A DNA stretch of 64,000 nt from Vulcanimicrobiota bacterium (GTDB lineage Bacteria > Vulcanimicrobiota > Vulcanimicrobiia > Vulcanimicrobiales > Vulcanimicrobiaceae). The notes beneath the pieces were generated by a model, which did no database searches, was not told the DNA's origin, and saw nothing but the letters and a program-made list of their open reading frames with translations. Shown in pieces: positions 10,831-19,994 of this stretch. The stretch's first letter is position 1; every line of letters begins with the position of its first letter. The position numbers were made by a program, and so were the translations under genes. Where the stretch lies: the NCBI GenBank assembly GCA_963777315.1, contig CAVZQC010000002.1, positions 384,001 through 448,000 on the forward strand. The letters are read 5' to 3'.

Positions 10831-11018
10831 ACGTTCTGCCCGATGGCCGTCAGATTGCTGCCGGTCGTCGTAAGCACGGACCCGGCCGAAGTCTCTATCG
10901 CAACGAATATGGCGATGAGGGGCAAAACCAGAGCGGCGGTTACGATCGCGTATTCGGCCATCGATGCGCCCGATTCGTCGCAAAACAGTGCGGTGACGAT
11001 GCGCGCGCGGCGCATCAT
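10827..11018 (-). CDS. flp: Flp-like type IVc pilin (divergent, minor)
   Basis: DESG|ASMAEYAIV motif followed by a hydrophobic helix; 63 aa. Confidence 0.85.
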   Translation of the reverse strand: MMRRARIVTALFCDESGASMAEYAIVTAALVLPLIAIFVAIETSAGSVLTTTGSNLTAIGQNV

Positions 11019-12435
11019 CGCGTGATGATCTCCGGAGTCATGACGAATACGACGTCAGTCTGCTGGCTCTGGTACGCCGTCGAGCGGAACAGCTGACCCA
11101 GAATCGGCAAGTCGCCCAGCAGCGGAATCTTCGTGATCGTGCGCTGCTCCATGCGGCGCAGCATGCCGCCCATGATGATGGACTCTCCCGGCTGAGTGAC
11201 GATGTCGGTCGATAAACGGCTGGTCTTGAGCGCGGGAATGACGAAGCCCGACACGGTGATAGCGTCGGCGAAATCCAAGTCGGACACTTCGGGAGCGATT
11301 TTCGTTTCCACGCTGCCGTTGCCCAATATCGTCGGCGTGACGTCGAGTTTTACGCCGAAATCCTTGTACAAAATGCTGACTTGGCCAAGGCCGGTCGCAA
11401 AGGGAATCGGGATCTGGCCTCCGACCAAGAAATCCGCCGGGGCACCCGGACTCGTCACCAGATTGGGCGAGGACAGAATCTTAGCGTGACCCTCCTGGAG
11501 CAGCAAGTTGAGCGTGGGCGCCAGGGTGATCGTACGAAAGAACGGGCTGGTCGTGAGCGCTTTGCCCAGACCCGTCGGCGCCTCGACGACCGGGAAGTCG
11601 GGCCTCCCAGCAAGTACGTGCCGTTCGGCTGATAGATCGCCGATTGCAGCTGAACCCCCAAATTCTTGAGCGCCGTGTTGTCGACTTCCAAGACGTAGAC
11701 TTTGACGCTGATCTGGCTGGTCGTATCGGTCGCAAGCCGATCGATGATCTTGCCTTCGCTGGCAAGATATTGTCCGGCCAAGCCGCGGACGCGATTTAAG
11801 ACCGCTTGTTCGGTCGTGGCATCGCGGACTTCACCGCTGACGATAACGTTGCCCTTGCCGTCGGGATCGACCCGAATCTCTCGCGCTCCGGGCATTCGGC
11901 CCACGTTCTCCTGCATGTCGCCGATGGGATGCGCGATCGTGACCGCGTTCACGATTGCGGACTTCTGCTCTCCGGCGACCTTGTCGAACCGCGCGATGAT
12001 GTCGCTCAGATTTTGGAATTGCGCCGTATCCTCGACGGTTCCGCGCACCACGATCGAATGGTTGAAGCCGAATATTTGAACCCCGGGCTGTTGAATGGAG
12101 GTCCGCAGCATCTGCGCCAAATCGTCGAGCACTTGCTCCGTAACCGTGACTTCATAGGCGGCTCTGCGGCCGGCATACCACACGAACACCGTCGTATGAC
12201 CCGGCGCTTTCCCGTTGACGACGATCTGGTTGCTGCCAACCGGCACGACGCCGGCGATCCGCCCGTCTCCAATCGCTAGGCGCTGCAAATTCGGCGTCTG
12301 CAACACGACGGAATGACCGGATTGGAGCGAAATCATCGTTACGGCGTCCGCGGCTCGCGAAGGCGCGAATGATACGCAGACGAGCACGGCGGCCGCAGCC
12401 GGCGCAAGAAAGCGACAAAGCATCCCACTGCGCAT
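11015..12435 (-). CDS. cpaC: CpaC/RcpA pilus secretin with BON-like region (apparent frameshift near 11601)
   Basis: N-term IGDGRIAGV..VNGKAPGHTTV; C-term AKILSSPNL, FLVGGQIPIP, KIPLLGDLPILGQLFRS; about 473 aa restored. Confidence 0.9.
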
Positions 12436-12510
12436 TCTGTTCCATCCTTAAAGGCGCGTGCCGGCCGCCGCAAGCCGGCGTCGGTGAAGCGATTATGACA
12501 GCGTTGAACG

Positions 12511-12545
12511 CGTTAATCCGCTAACGGTAATTGACGTTCAGTCAA
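12511..12545. promoter_or_regulatory. adjacent palindromes CGTTA-N6-TAACG and TTGAC-N5-GTCAA in the divergent tad promoter region
   Basis: Read directly at 12511-12526 and 12531-12545 in the intergenic gap. Confidence 0.3.
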
Positions 12546-12630
12546 GAACGGCGTGAACGAAGCGCGCAAGCCTTGTGCGCTCGCTATTCCAATGGCATGA
12601 TGGCGCCACCAATGGACCGCGGAGGCGTAC

Positions 12631-13332
12631 ATGCACAGATCGATGGCGGCCCTATCGGCCGCAGCGATATTCACGATCGGAATGGCGGCGCATGCGACCG
12701 CGCAGCAAGCCGATTCGCTTGCCGCGCTGGCAGCACGCTCCGGATACATTTTTCAGTGGCTGTTGCCGGATCGCTCCGTCAGTCTTTCGCGTCCGGGCAT
12801 GCTGATTGTGCTCCGGCCCGGAGTGGTGCTCTACGACGTCAACGACCACGTTGAGGTCGCGGATCGCGCGCCAGTGACGAACCACGGCGACCTGCTCATT
12901 TCGCCCGCGCTGGCGGCTCGTCTGCGAACGCTCGCCAACATGGGCCGCAGTTCCACGGCGCCCGCGCGCTCGACGATCCTCGGATCGCAGGCAGTCCAAA
13001 CCGCCGGAGGGGCCGTAGCGCTCGAGGCGCGCGCTCTGGAAGGCAGCGAAGCGGTCGTCGTTAACGGCCAAACACCGGGGAGCGCCCCCGTAACCATCAC
13101 GTTATTTGCGATCATCTCGCCGGACCTTCCGACGGTGTTCGTAAGTAGGCATGACATCCAAACCGACCAAAACGGGCGGTTCTCCGGAGTCATTCCAATA
13201 GCTGCCGATTACATGCGCGGAACGGTGCTGCGAATCGTCGCAACATCGGCTTCCGGCGTCTCGCCCGCAACGGCGCAGATCGTGATCGGTCAGCCCAGTC
13301 CCGGCGCGACGGACCTGGGGAGCACCCCTTGA
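12631..13332 (+). CDS. secreted hypothetical protein with copper-amine-oxidase N-terminal (stalk)-like domain
   Basis: GGAGG RBS; signal peptide; LAARSGYIFQW...YDVND...APVTNHGDLLIS resembles stalk domains; beta-rich C-terminus. Confidence 0.6.
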   Translation: MHRSMAALSAAAIFTIGMAAHATAQQADSLAALAARSGYIFQWLLPDRSVSLSRPGMLIVLRPGVVLYDVNDHVEVADRAPVTNHGDLLISPALAARLRTLANMGRSSTAPARSTILGSQAVQTAGGAVALEARALEGSEAVVVNGQTPGSAPVTITLFAIISPDLPTVFVSRHDIQTDQNGRFSGVIPIAADYMRGTVLRIVATSASGVSPATAQIVIGQPSPGATDLGSTP

Positions 13333-13391
13333 GGCTTTCAATAGCCGCCCGGCGCGACGCCCCCTTCCCACTTGCTTCCTTAGGAGACATT

Positions 13392-13550
13392 ATGAAGACA
13401 CTTATCGCTCTTTTGTCCGACGACGAAGGCGCCACGATGGTCGAGTACGGCATCATGGTCGCCCTCATCGCCGCAGTCTGCATCGCCGTCGTAACGACGC
13501 TGGGAACCAAAGTTTCGAGCGCATTTACGAACGTCAACACCGCCCTGTAA
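13392..13550 (+). CDS. flp: Flp type IVc pilin 1
   Basis: AGGAG RBS; DDEG|ATMVEYGIMVALIA. Confidence 0.95.
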   Translation: MKTLIALLSDDEGATMVEYGIMVALIAAVCIAVVTTLGTKVSSAFTNVNTAL

Positions 13551-13558
13551 CGCTTCAT

Positions 13559-13614
13559 CGGCAAGAACTTGGGCGCGAGTTTCACAACCGGTGCCCGCGC
13601 CAGAGTTCTTGCCG
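13559..13614 (+). other. long RNA hairpin between the two flp genes
   Basis: CGGCAAGAACT (13559-69) / AGTTCTTGCCG (13604-14) perfect 11-bp stem plus inner GGCGCG/CGCGCC; no U-tract. Confidence 0.6.
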
Positions 13615-13640
13615 CACTTCACATAAGGAGTCTCTTTTTC

Positions 13641-13799
13641 ATGAAGGATTTGAAAGCTCTGATTGCAGACGATTCCGGCGCGACGATGGTGGAATACGGC
13701 ATCATGGTGGCCTTGATCGCCGCCGTGTGCATCGCCGTCGTCACGACGCTGGGCCAAACGGTCCAGAGCGCCTTCACCAACCTCAACAACAACCTGTAG
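13641..13799 (+). CDS. flp: Flp type IVc pilin 2
   Basis: AAGGAG RBS; DDSG|ATMVEYGIMVALIA; mature N-terminal half identical to pilin 1. Confidence 0.95.
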   Translation: MKDLKALIADDSGATMVEYGIMVALIAAVCIAVVTTLGQTVQSAFTNLNNNL

Positions 13800-13819
13800 C
13801 CGGCAGCGCGCCACTATCC

Positions 13820-14341
13820 ATGCACCTTGCTTTATGGCTCGTGCTGCTGGCGGCGGCAATCGCGTGCGTTACCGACGTTCGAACGCGCCGAATTCCGAAT
13901 CTGCTGGTGATCGCGCTTGCCGCCTCCGGCTTAGCGATGCACGCCACGCAAGGGTGGCAGTCGGTGGCTATGAGTTTGGCCGTGCTCGTTCTGACGCTGG
14001 CGGTCGGCGCGCTGGTGTTTTCCTTCGGCTTCGTCGGCGGCGGAGACGTCAAACTGATCGGCGCTGCCGCGGTGACGCTTACGCCGCCTGAGGCGATGCA
14101 GTTTGTGCTGTACACGCTGCTGTGCGGCGGCGCGCTCGGTATCGCTTTCAGCTTGGCGCAAGGACGGCTCAAAGCGACGCTCGGCAACGTGCGCGCAATG
14201 GCTACCCCGCTGCTGTACGGCGGGCGGCCCGCCGCCGTCCAGCCGTCGGCCAAAATGCCGTACGCAATCGCAATTTTCGCCGGCGCCGCCACGCTCGGCT
14301 TGGCTCAAACGCTCGTACCAGCTTTAAGGATCGCATTATGA
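13820..14341 (+). CDS. cpaA: Flp prepilin peptidase CpaA/TadV (A24)
   Basis: TDVRTRRIPN, GGGDVKL, KMPYAIAIFAG. Confidence 0.92.
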   Translation: MHLALWLVLLAAAIACVTDVRTRRIPNLLVIALAASGLAMHATQGWQSVAMSLAVLVLTLAVGALVFSFGFVGGGDVKLIGAAAVTLTPPEAMQFVLYTLLCGGALGIAFSLAQGRLKATLGNVRAMATPLLYGGRPAAVQPSAKMPYAIAIFAGAATLGLAQTLVPALRIAL

Positions 14342-15231
14342 ACGCACGTCGCACGACTCTTCTCATCGCGTTGGTTCTCGCAATCGGCACCGGGTGGCTC
14401 ACGTTGAACTACATCACCGGAATACAGCGGCAGTCCACGACCGGAAACAACGCTCCAAGAGTGGTGCTGGTGGCAGCGGTCGATATTCCAGCGCGTGCGG
14501 CGATTTCAGCCGCCATGCTGGCCCGCACCACGCGGCCCGCATCGGCCGTCGAACCCGACGCCGTCACGGACCCCGGAAAGGCCGTCGGCTCGCTCTCGCT
14601 CATCACCATTCCGGCCGGCGCCATGATTACCAGTTCGAAGATTGGGCGGCCGGCCGACGTCGGGCTGCCGGTACGTTTGCGTTCCGGAATGCGCGCCGTC
14701 AGCATTTCCATCGACAAAGTCAAGGGCGTTTCGGGACTGGTGCAGCCGGGCGATCGCGTCGACGTCATTGCCATCCCACCTAAAGAGGGAAACGCATCAC
14801 CGCCCGCCGCTACGATACTGCGGGGCCTTCGCGTGCTCGCACTGGGCACGTCGCTGGAGAGCAGTTCGGCAACACCTTCACCGGATGAATCGAACTCGAC
14901 GACGGCCACGCTCGAAGTCACGCCCAAGCAAGCCGATCTCTTGGAAAGCGCGGACGTTAACACGACGCTGCGTCTGGCACTGCGTTCGCCGCGCGAGCCA
15001 ATAAACTCCATGCCGACGGAGAGCTTGGGCTATGCGACGGATTCCGCGCCTGTGGCGCCTGTGCCGGCTGCACCCATGGCGCCGTCCGTTGCGCCGCCCA
15101 TTGCGCAGGCTCCGATAGCCGTCGAACGGCCCAGTGCGCCTGCACGGCGGCATTTCGGCAGCGAAATCATGATCATCGATGGCGATCACGTCGGTTTCGG
15201 CTCCACGCTGACCACTCCGCAGGACTTGTAA
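14338..15231 (+). CDS. cpaB: Flp pilus assembly protein CpaB/RcpC
   Basis: SAF domain VLVAAVDIP; GMRAVSI..GVSGLVQPGDRVDVI; TLEVTP; LRLALRS. Confidence 0.93.
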   Translation: MNARRTTLLIALVLAIGTGWLTLNYITGIQRQSTTGNNAPRVVLVAAVDIPARAAISAAMLARTTRPASAVEPDAVTDPGKAVGSLSLITIPAGAMITSSKIGRPADVGLPVRLRSGMRAVSISIDKVKGVSGLVQPGDRVDVIAIPPKEGNASPPAATILRGLRVLALGTSLESSSATPSPDESNSTTATLEVTPKQADLLESADVNTTLRLALRSPREPINSMPTESLGYATDSAPVAPVPAAPMAPSVAPPIAQAPIAVERPSAPARRHFGSEIMIIDGDHVGFGSTLTTPQDL

Positions 15232-17324
15232 TGGCCTGTATGCTGTTCGCGTTCGTCGGCGCAAAAGGCGGCTCGGGTACATCGACGCTCTGCGCCGAAG
15301 CCGCAAGAACGCTCAAGCTCGACGGTTCCGTCAGCCTGGTGGATGCCGATCTTTCCGGCCGGCGCAGCGCTGCAATTCTGTTCAACGCGTTCCACCAACT
15401 CGATGCGTCCCGTGATCTGCAGCCCAAGATCGCCACAGCACGAGTCGACGGCGTCACCTTACTCGAAATCGCGAACTCGTACAGCAGCGCGTTCACCATT
15501 TCGCAAGACGACGTAGAGTCGCTCGCGCGAAGCTTGGATGAAACCGGCATCGTGCTCGTAGACATGCCGGCGCCCTTTGCTGCAACCGTACGGCCATTCA
15601 TCGTAAGGGCAGCCCGATTCATCGTCGTAACAGAGCGAACGGTCATGGGGCTGGCATCGGCGCGAACGATGGTCGACGAACTCAAACGCTTCGGGATCCC
15701 GAGCAACAGGATCGTGCTGCTGCTCAATCTGCGCGACTCTTTGGCGACGGTGTCGCGGGACCAAGTCGAGCGGGCGTTTCAAGAAAGGATTGCAGCGGAG
15801 ATTCCGGCGCTGACCGACCGCGGGTACCGTCGCGCGATCGCGGGCTTCGCGCGCACGCTTCGATCGGTCTCGGCGGAGCCTTCGATCGACACGCTGCTGC
15901 CGTCATCCAGCGGTGCCGCCCGCGATCGCCGCCTCGTTCCCCGCAGCTCCGCTCCTGCCTTCGCCGCCGGTACCGGCGAAAGGACCGCCGTTGAGCCCGG
16001 CGACGCAGCTCCCTCTCAAGACAAGTTGGACGCTCGCGAACGTCTCAAGGCCGATATTCATGAAGCGCTGGCTGCGAATATCGATTTGATCGACGCAAGC
16101 AAGGTCCAAGGCGACGCGGCGAAGATGGTGGAACTGCGGGCCAATATCGCCGGTGTGGCGGATCAAATGCTCCAGCATCAGCACGCGATCGATTCGGCCG
16201 AAGATGTTGCGCGTCTCAAAGAGGAGATCGTCGATGAGGCGCTCGGCCTGGGACCGCTGGAAGATCTCATGCGCGATCCGGCCGTAACGGAGATCATGGT
16301 CAATGGAGCGGCGAACGTCTATATAGAGCGCCGCGGCTTAATCGAGCGTTCGTCCAAACACTTCGCCAGCGAGCAGCAGCTGCGGCTGATCATCGAACGC
16401 ATTATTATGCCGCTCGGGCGCCGAGTGGACGAATCGGTGCCCATGGTCGATGCTCGACTGCCGGACGGCTCGCGCGTGAACGCGATAATTCCGCCGCTTT
16501 CCGTCGATGGCGCCACGCTGACCATTCGCCGGTTTGGGACGAAACGGTTGACCGAACAGGATCTGCTCGCCGGCGATTCGCTCACGGCCGAAATGCACGA
16601 TTTTTTGCGCGCCTGCGTCCAGGCGCGTTTGAACGTCGTCATCAGCGGCGGGACCGGCTCTGGAAAGACGACCTTCCTGAACATTCTTTCCGGATGCATT
16701 CCCGTACGCGAGCGCATCGTTACGATCGAAGATGCTGCCGAATTATGCCTGAACCAGCCGCACGTCGTGCGTTTGGAAGCACGCCCGGCCAATTTGGAAG
16801 GCCGCGGCGAAGTGAAAATTCGGGATTTGGTGCGCAATGCGCTGCGCATGCGCCCGGACCGGATCGTCGTAGGCGAAGCTCGGGGCGCCGAGGCGCTGGA
16901 CATGCTTCAGGCGATGAATACCGGCCACGACGGATCGTTGACTACCATCCACGCCAACACCGCTCGCGACTCGCTTTCAAGGATCGAAACCATGGTGATG
17001 ATGGCGGGCTTCGAGCTGCCGGTGCGTGCGATCCGCGAACAGGTTGCCAGTGCGGTGGATCTCGTGATCCAAACCTCCCGTATGCGTGACGGCACTCGTA
17101 AGATCACGAGCATAAGCGAGGTTGTCGGCATGGAAGGCGACATCGTCACCATGCAAGAGCTCGTGCGTTACACACAGCACGGCGTCGATACGAACAATCG
17201 CGTCGTCGGCGCGTTCCAGTATACGGGAGTCCAGCCCCAGGCGCTGCGCCGTTTTGAGGAATATGGCGTCAAGTTCGATATCCGCAGCTTGGCAAACATG
17301 GCGGCGACGGCGTCGATATGGTAG
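15231..17324 (+). CDS. cpaF: CpaE/TadZ (MinD-like)-CpaF/TadA ATPase fusion
   Basis: N-term GAKGGSGTST, LVDADL, LVDMP; C-term GLGPLE, EIMVNG, DARLPDGSRVN, GGTGSGKTT, LRMRPDRIVVGEARG, MNTGHDG. Confidence 0.92.
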   Translation: MACMLFAFVGAKGGSGTSTLCAEAARTLKLDGSVSLVDADLSGRRSAAILFNAFHQLDASRDLQPKIATARVDGVTLLEIANSYSSAFTISQDDVESLARSLDETGIVLVDMPAPFAATVRPFIVRAARFIVVTERTVMGLASARTMVDELKRFGIPSNRIVLLLNLRDSLATVSRDQVERAFQERIAAEIPALTDRGYRRAIAGFARTLRSVSAEPSIDTLLPSSSGAARDRRLVPRSSAPAFAAGTGERTAVEPGDAAPSQDKLDARERLKADIHEALAANIDLIDASKVQGDAAKMVELRANIAGVADQMLQHQHAIDSAEDVARLKEEIVDEALGLGPLEDLMRDPAVTEIMVNGAANVYIERRGLIERSSKHFASEQQLRLIIERIIMPLGRRVDESVPMVDARLPDGSRVNAIIPPLSVDGATLTIRRFGTKRLTEQDLLAGDSLTAEMHDFLRACVQARLNVVISGGTGSGKTTFLNILSGCIPVRERIVTIEDAAELCLNQPHVVRLEARPANLEGRGEVKIRDLVRNALRMRPDRIVVGEARGAEALDMLQAMNTGHDGSLTTIHANTARDSLSRIETMVMMAGFELPVRAIREQVASAVDLVIQTSRMRDGTRKITSISEVVGMEGDIVTMQELVRYTQHGVDTNNRVVGAFQYTGVQPQALRRFEEYGVKFDIRSLANMAATASIW

Positions 17325-18181
17325 GCGCGATGGTGCCGCTGAGCATCTTCCTGCTGGCGACCTTAACGGTCGCAATCGGATTTTATGGGGTCTGGGACCT
17401 TATCAATGCATCGACCACACGCCGCGTCGAAAGCTTCGCCGGCCTCATCGATCGGGGCGGCATCGCGCGCCGCCCTCAGGAGATCACGATCAGCGCCGTG
17501 ATTTTAACGGTCGCCGCGTGGTTAGGGCTGCTGCTTGTGTTCCGCCCAGCACTTCTGGTCGGATTCGCGCTCCTGCCGCTGGTTGCCGGCGCTGTCGCCG
17601 CCGCCTATTACGGCGTTCTGCAGATGAAGGTTCGCAAACGGCTAGGCGCGTTCGTGCAGCAACTGGAACTGGCGCTGCGCCTCATTTCAAGCGGCGTGCG
17701 CATCGGCCTTGGGCTCAAACAATCGTTTGCAATCGTTATCGATGAAATGCCGGACCCGGCGAGATACGAATTCATGCGGGTGCTGGGCCAGACGAATATC
17801 GGCATCAGCGTGTACGACGCGCTGGACGATCTTGCGGTGCGCATGCCCGCGGACGAAACGATGATGCTCGCCCGCGTCGTACGCGTACAGTCCACGACGG
17901 GCGGCGACTTGACCGGGATTCTCGAACAACTCGCCGATACGATTAAGGAGCGCCGGCGCATTCAGCGCAAAATCGCCGCCTTAACCTCCGAAGGCAGGAT
18001 GGGAGCTCTCGTGCTGTCCGGCGTGCCGCTGATCCTGGGTCTATTCATTTGCCTGCTGGAAAAAAACATGGGCCATTCGCTGCTGTTTACGGGGCCCGGA
18101 CATATCACGTTGGGGATCGTAGGGGTCCTCGAGATTGCGGGAGCTCTGAGCATGCGACGCATTTTGAAAGTAAAGGTTTGA
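17318..18181 (+). CDS. tadB: TadB (T2SSF family)
   Basis: After cpaF; GVRIGLGL, TGGDLTGILEQLADTIKERR, LTSEGRMG. Confidence 0.9.
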   Translation: MVGAMVPLSIFLLATLTVAIGFYGVWDLINASTTRRVESFAGLIDRGGIARRPQEITISAVILTVAAWLGLLLVFRPALLVGFALLPLVAGAVAAAYYGVLQMKVRKRLGAFVQQLELALRLISSGVRIGLGLKQSFAIVIDEMPDPARYEFMRVLGQTNIGISVYDALDDLAVRMPADETMMLARVVRVQSTTGGDLTGILEQLADTIKERRRIQRKIAALTSEGRMGALVLSGVPLILGLFICLLEKNMGHSLLFTGPGHITLGIVGVLEIAGALSMRRILKVKV

Positions 18182-18182
18182 G

Positions 18183-19043
18183 ATGGCGTTTTATCTCGTC
18201 ATCCCGCTGCTTGGCGCGCTTTCGGCATTTCTGTTCTCGCTATCGCTCATTCCAAGTGAAAGCCCACTCGACCGCACGCTAAGCGAATTGCGCGGAGGGC
18301 GCGACAAGCAACTCGGTAAGATGGATCGCTGGGACGGGGTGATTGCCCACGTCGTCTCGCCGCAAGCGAAGAATCGCCTTCAAGGGATGCTCATGGAGGC
18401 CGGCTGGTACACCGTCACGCCCGCTCGCATTTTTCTGCGGTGTGCGGCAACGACGTGTGCCGGCGTTCTTGTCGCATTGCTTCTTCCGCATTTTCTGCAT
18501 CTGCCGTTCGCGCTTATTGCGGCGTTTTGTGCGCTGAGCGTCATAGTCGGCGCGTACGCGCCGTTCTACGCGCTCGAACGCGCGATCGAAGCGCGAAAGG
18601 AACAAGTTCAAAAGACCCTTCCGAATTTCTTGGACATGCTGACGTCGACCGTTCAGGCGGGCCTTGCGATGAATGCCGCCATGGCGTATGCGGTCGACGC
18701 CGCGCCCGGCGCGTTGGGCAGTGAAATAAAGGAAGCACTGTCGGAAGTCCGGCTCGGTCGATCTCGTCCCGAGGCGCTCAAGGCCGCGGCGGAGCGTTTG
18801 AATCAGGCGCAGTTCACCGTAACGATCACCGCGATCACCCAAGCGGAAAAGCTCGGCACCAACATCTCGAAGGTTTTGAATGAAGTAGCCGAAGACGTCC
18901 GGCATCAACGCATCACGCTGGTCGAAGAACAGGCGCAGAAGCTGCCGGTAAAGATGGCCTTTCCTATGGCCTTCTTTATGCTGCCGACTCTGTTCACGAT
19001 TATCTTCGGAACGCTCGCCGCCAACTATTTTGCCACGCGATGA
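18183..19043 (+). CDS. tadC: TadC (T2SSF family)
   Basis: LPNFLDMLTSTVQAGL, GRSRPEAL, QAEKLGT, EEQAQKLPVKMAFP. Confidence 0.92.
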   Translation: MAFYLVIPLLGALSAFLFSLSLIPSESPLDRTLSELRGGRDKQLGKMDRWDGVIAHVVSPQAKNRLQGMLMEAGWYTVTPARIFLRCAATTCAGVLVALLLPHFLHLPFALIAAFCALSVIVGAYAPFYALERAIEARKEQVQKTLPNFLDMLTSTVQAGLAMNAAMAYAVDAAPGALGSEIKEALSEVRLGRSRPEALKAAAERLNQAQFTVTITAITQAEKLGTNISKVLNEVAEDVRHQRITLVEEQAQKLPVKMAFPMAFFMLPTLFTIIFGTLAANYFATR

Positions 19044-19651
19044 ACGTTGCAGCGATCTTCGGCGCAGTATTCTTCGCCGTTCTGGCCTACATCGGCGTAC
19101 TGCTGGCGAACGGGGTCGCTGCTAACGTCAAACCCCTGGAAGGCGGCCCACCGCCCAACGAACCTCCAACGCTCTGGCTTGTCGCCGCATGCGGCATTAT
19201 CGGCGCAGTGGTGAGCTCTCACTCCTCCTCAGCCGCCCAGATCGTTCTTACCGGATTCGTCTGCGCGGCGCTTGCCGCGGCGTGGTGCGTAGATGCCCGA
19301 ACCGGGCTCATCCCCGACGGGTTCACGCTCGTGCCCCTGGCCGCGCTTGTGCTCGTTTCCCTGTGGCAGCACCAATGGAGCATTATCATAGCAGCCTGCG
19401 TACCGCTGATTCCTTTTGCGCTCGCCGCGCTGCTGTCTCATGGTCGCGGAATGGGGTGGGGGGACGTCAGACTCGCTGCACTCGGGGGCGCAGTATTGGG
19501 AGCGCAAACCGCCGTCCTGGTTTTCGCACTCGCATGCGTTGTCGCCGTTGCAGTGGCGTACGCACGCAAGCGAACGAAAAGCCCTATCGCGTTCGGCCCA
19601 TATTTGGTAGCTGCGATCGGCATCGCGCTTCCAATCGGAATGCTCGTTTGA
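19040..19651 (+). CDS. second A24-family prepilin peptidase
   Basis: VDARTGLIPD, GMGWGDVRL, PIAFGPYL (PilD C-terminal type, no Zn/methylase domain). Confidence 0.85.
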   Translation: MNVAAIFGAVFFAVLAYIGVLLANGVAANVKPLEGGPPPNEPPTLWLVAACGIIGAVVSSHSSSAAQIVLTGFVCAALAAAWCVDARTGLIPDGFTLVPLAALVLVSLWQHQWSIIIAACVPLIPFALAALLSHGRGMGWGDVRLAALGGAVLGAQTAVLVFALACVVAVAVAYARKRTKSPIAFGPYLVAAIGIALPIGMLV

Positions 19652-19652
19652 C

Positions 19653-19994
19653 GTGCTGCTGCGCAACCTGACGACCGAACAAATCGTCGCTAGGAACGTC
19701 CTTACTGCCGTGAGCTTACGGGACCGGACGCTCGGATTGATTGCGCGGCGTGAGATAGGATCGGACGACGGACTGTGGTTCCCGCGCTGCTCGGCAATTC
19801 ACACCGTCGGGATGCGGCACCCGATCGACGTGTTTTTTCTGGACCGGTTCGACCGCGTGTTACGCATAAAATGTACGGTGGCGGCCAATCGGCTCGTTAT
19901 TTGGTGCCGGCATGCTAAAGCAGTTGTCGAGTTGGGCGTTGCAGCGGGCGCCGTCAGAGACATTGCCGTAGGAGATCGTTTGGCGCTCGAATGA
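19653..19994 (+). CDS. DUF192 family protein
   Basis: RTLGLI, GLWF..CSAIHTVGMRHPIDVFFLD, AVVEL. Confidence 0.88.
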   Translation: MLLRNLTTEQIVARNVLTAVSLRDRTLGLIARREIGSDDGLWFPRCSAIHTVGMRHPIDVFFLDRFDRVLRIKCTVAANRLVIWCRHAKAVVELGVAAGAVRDIAVGDRLALE

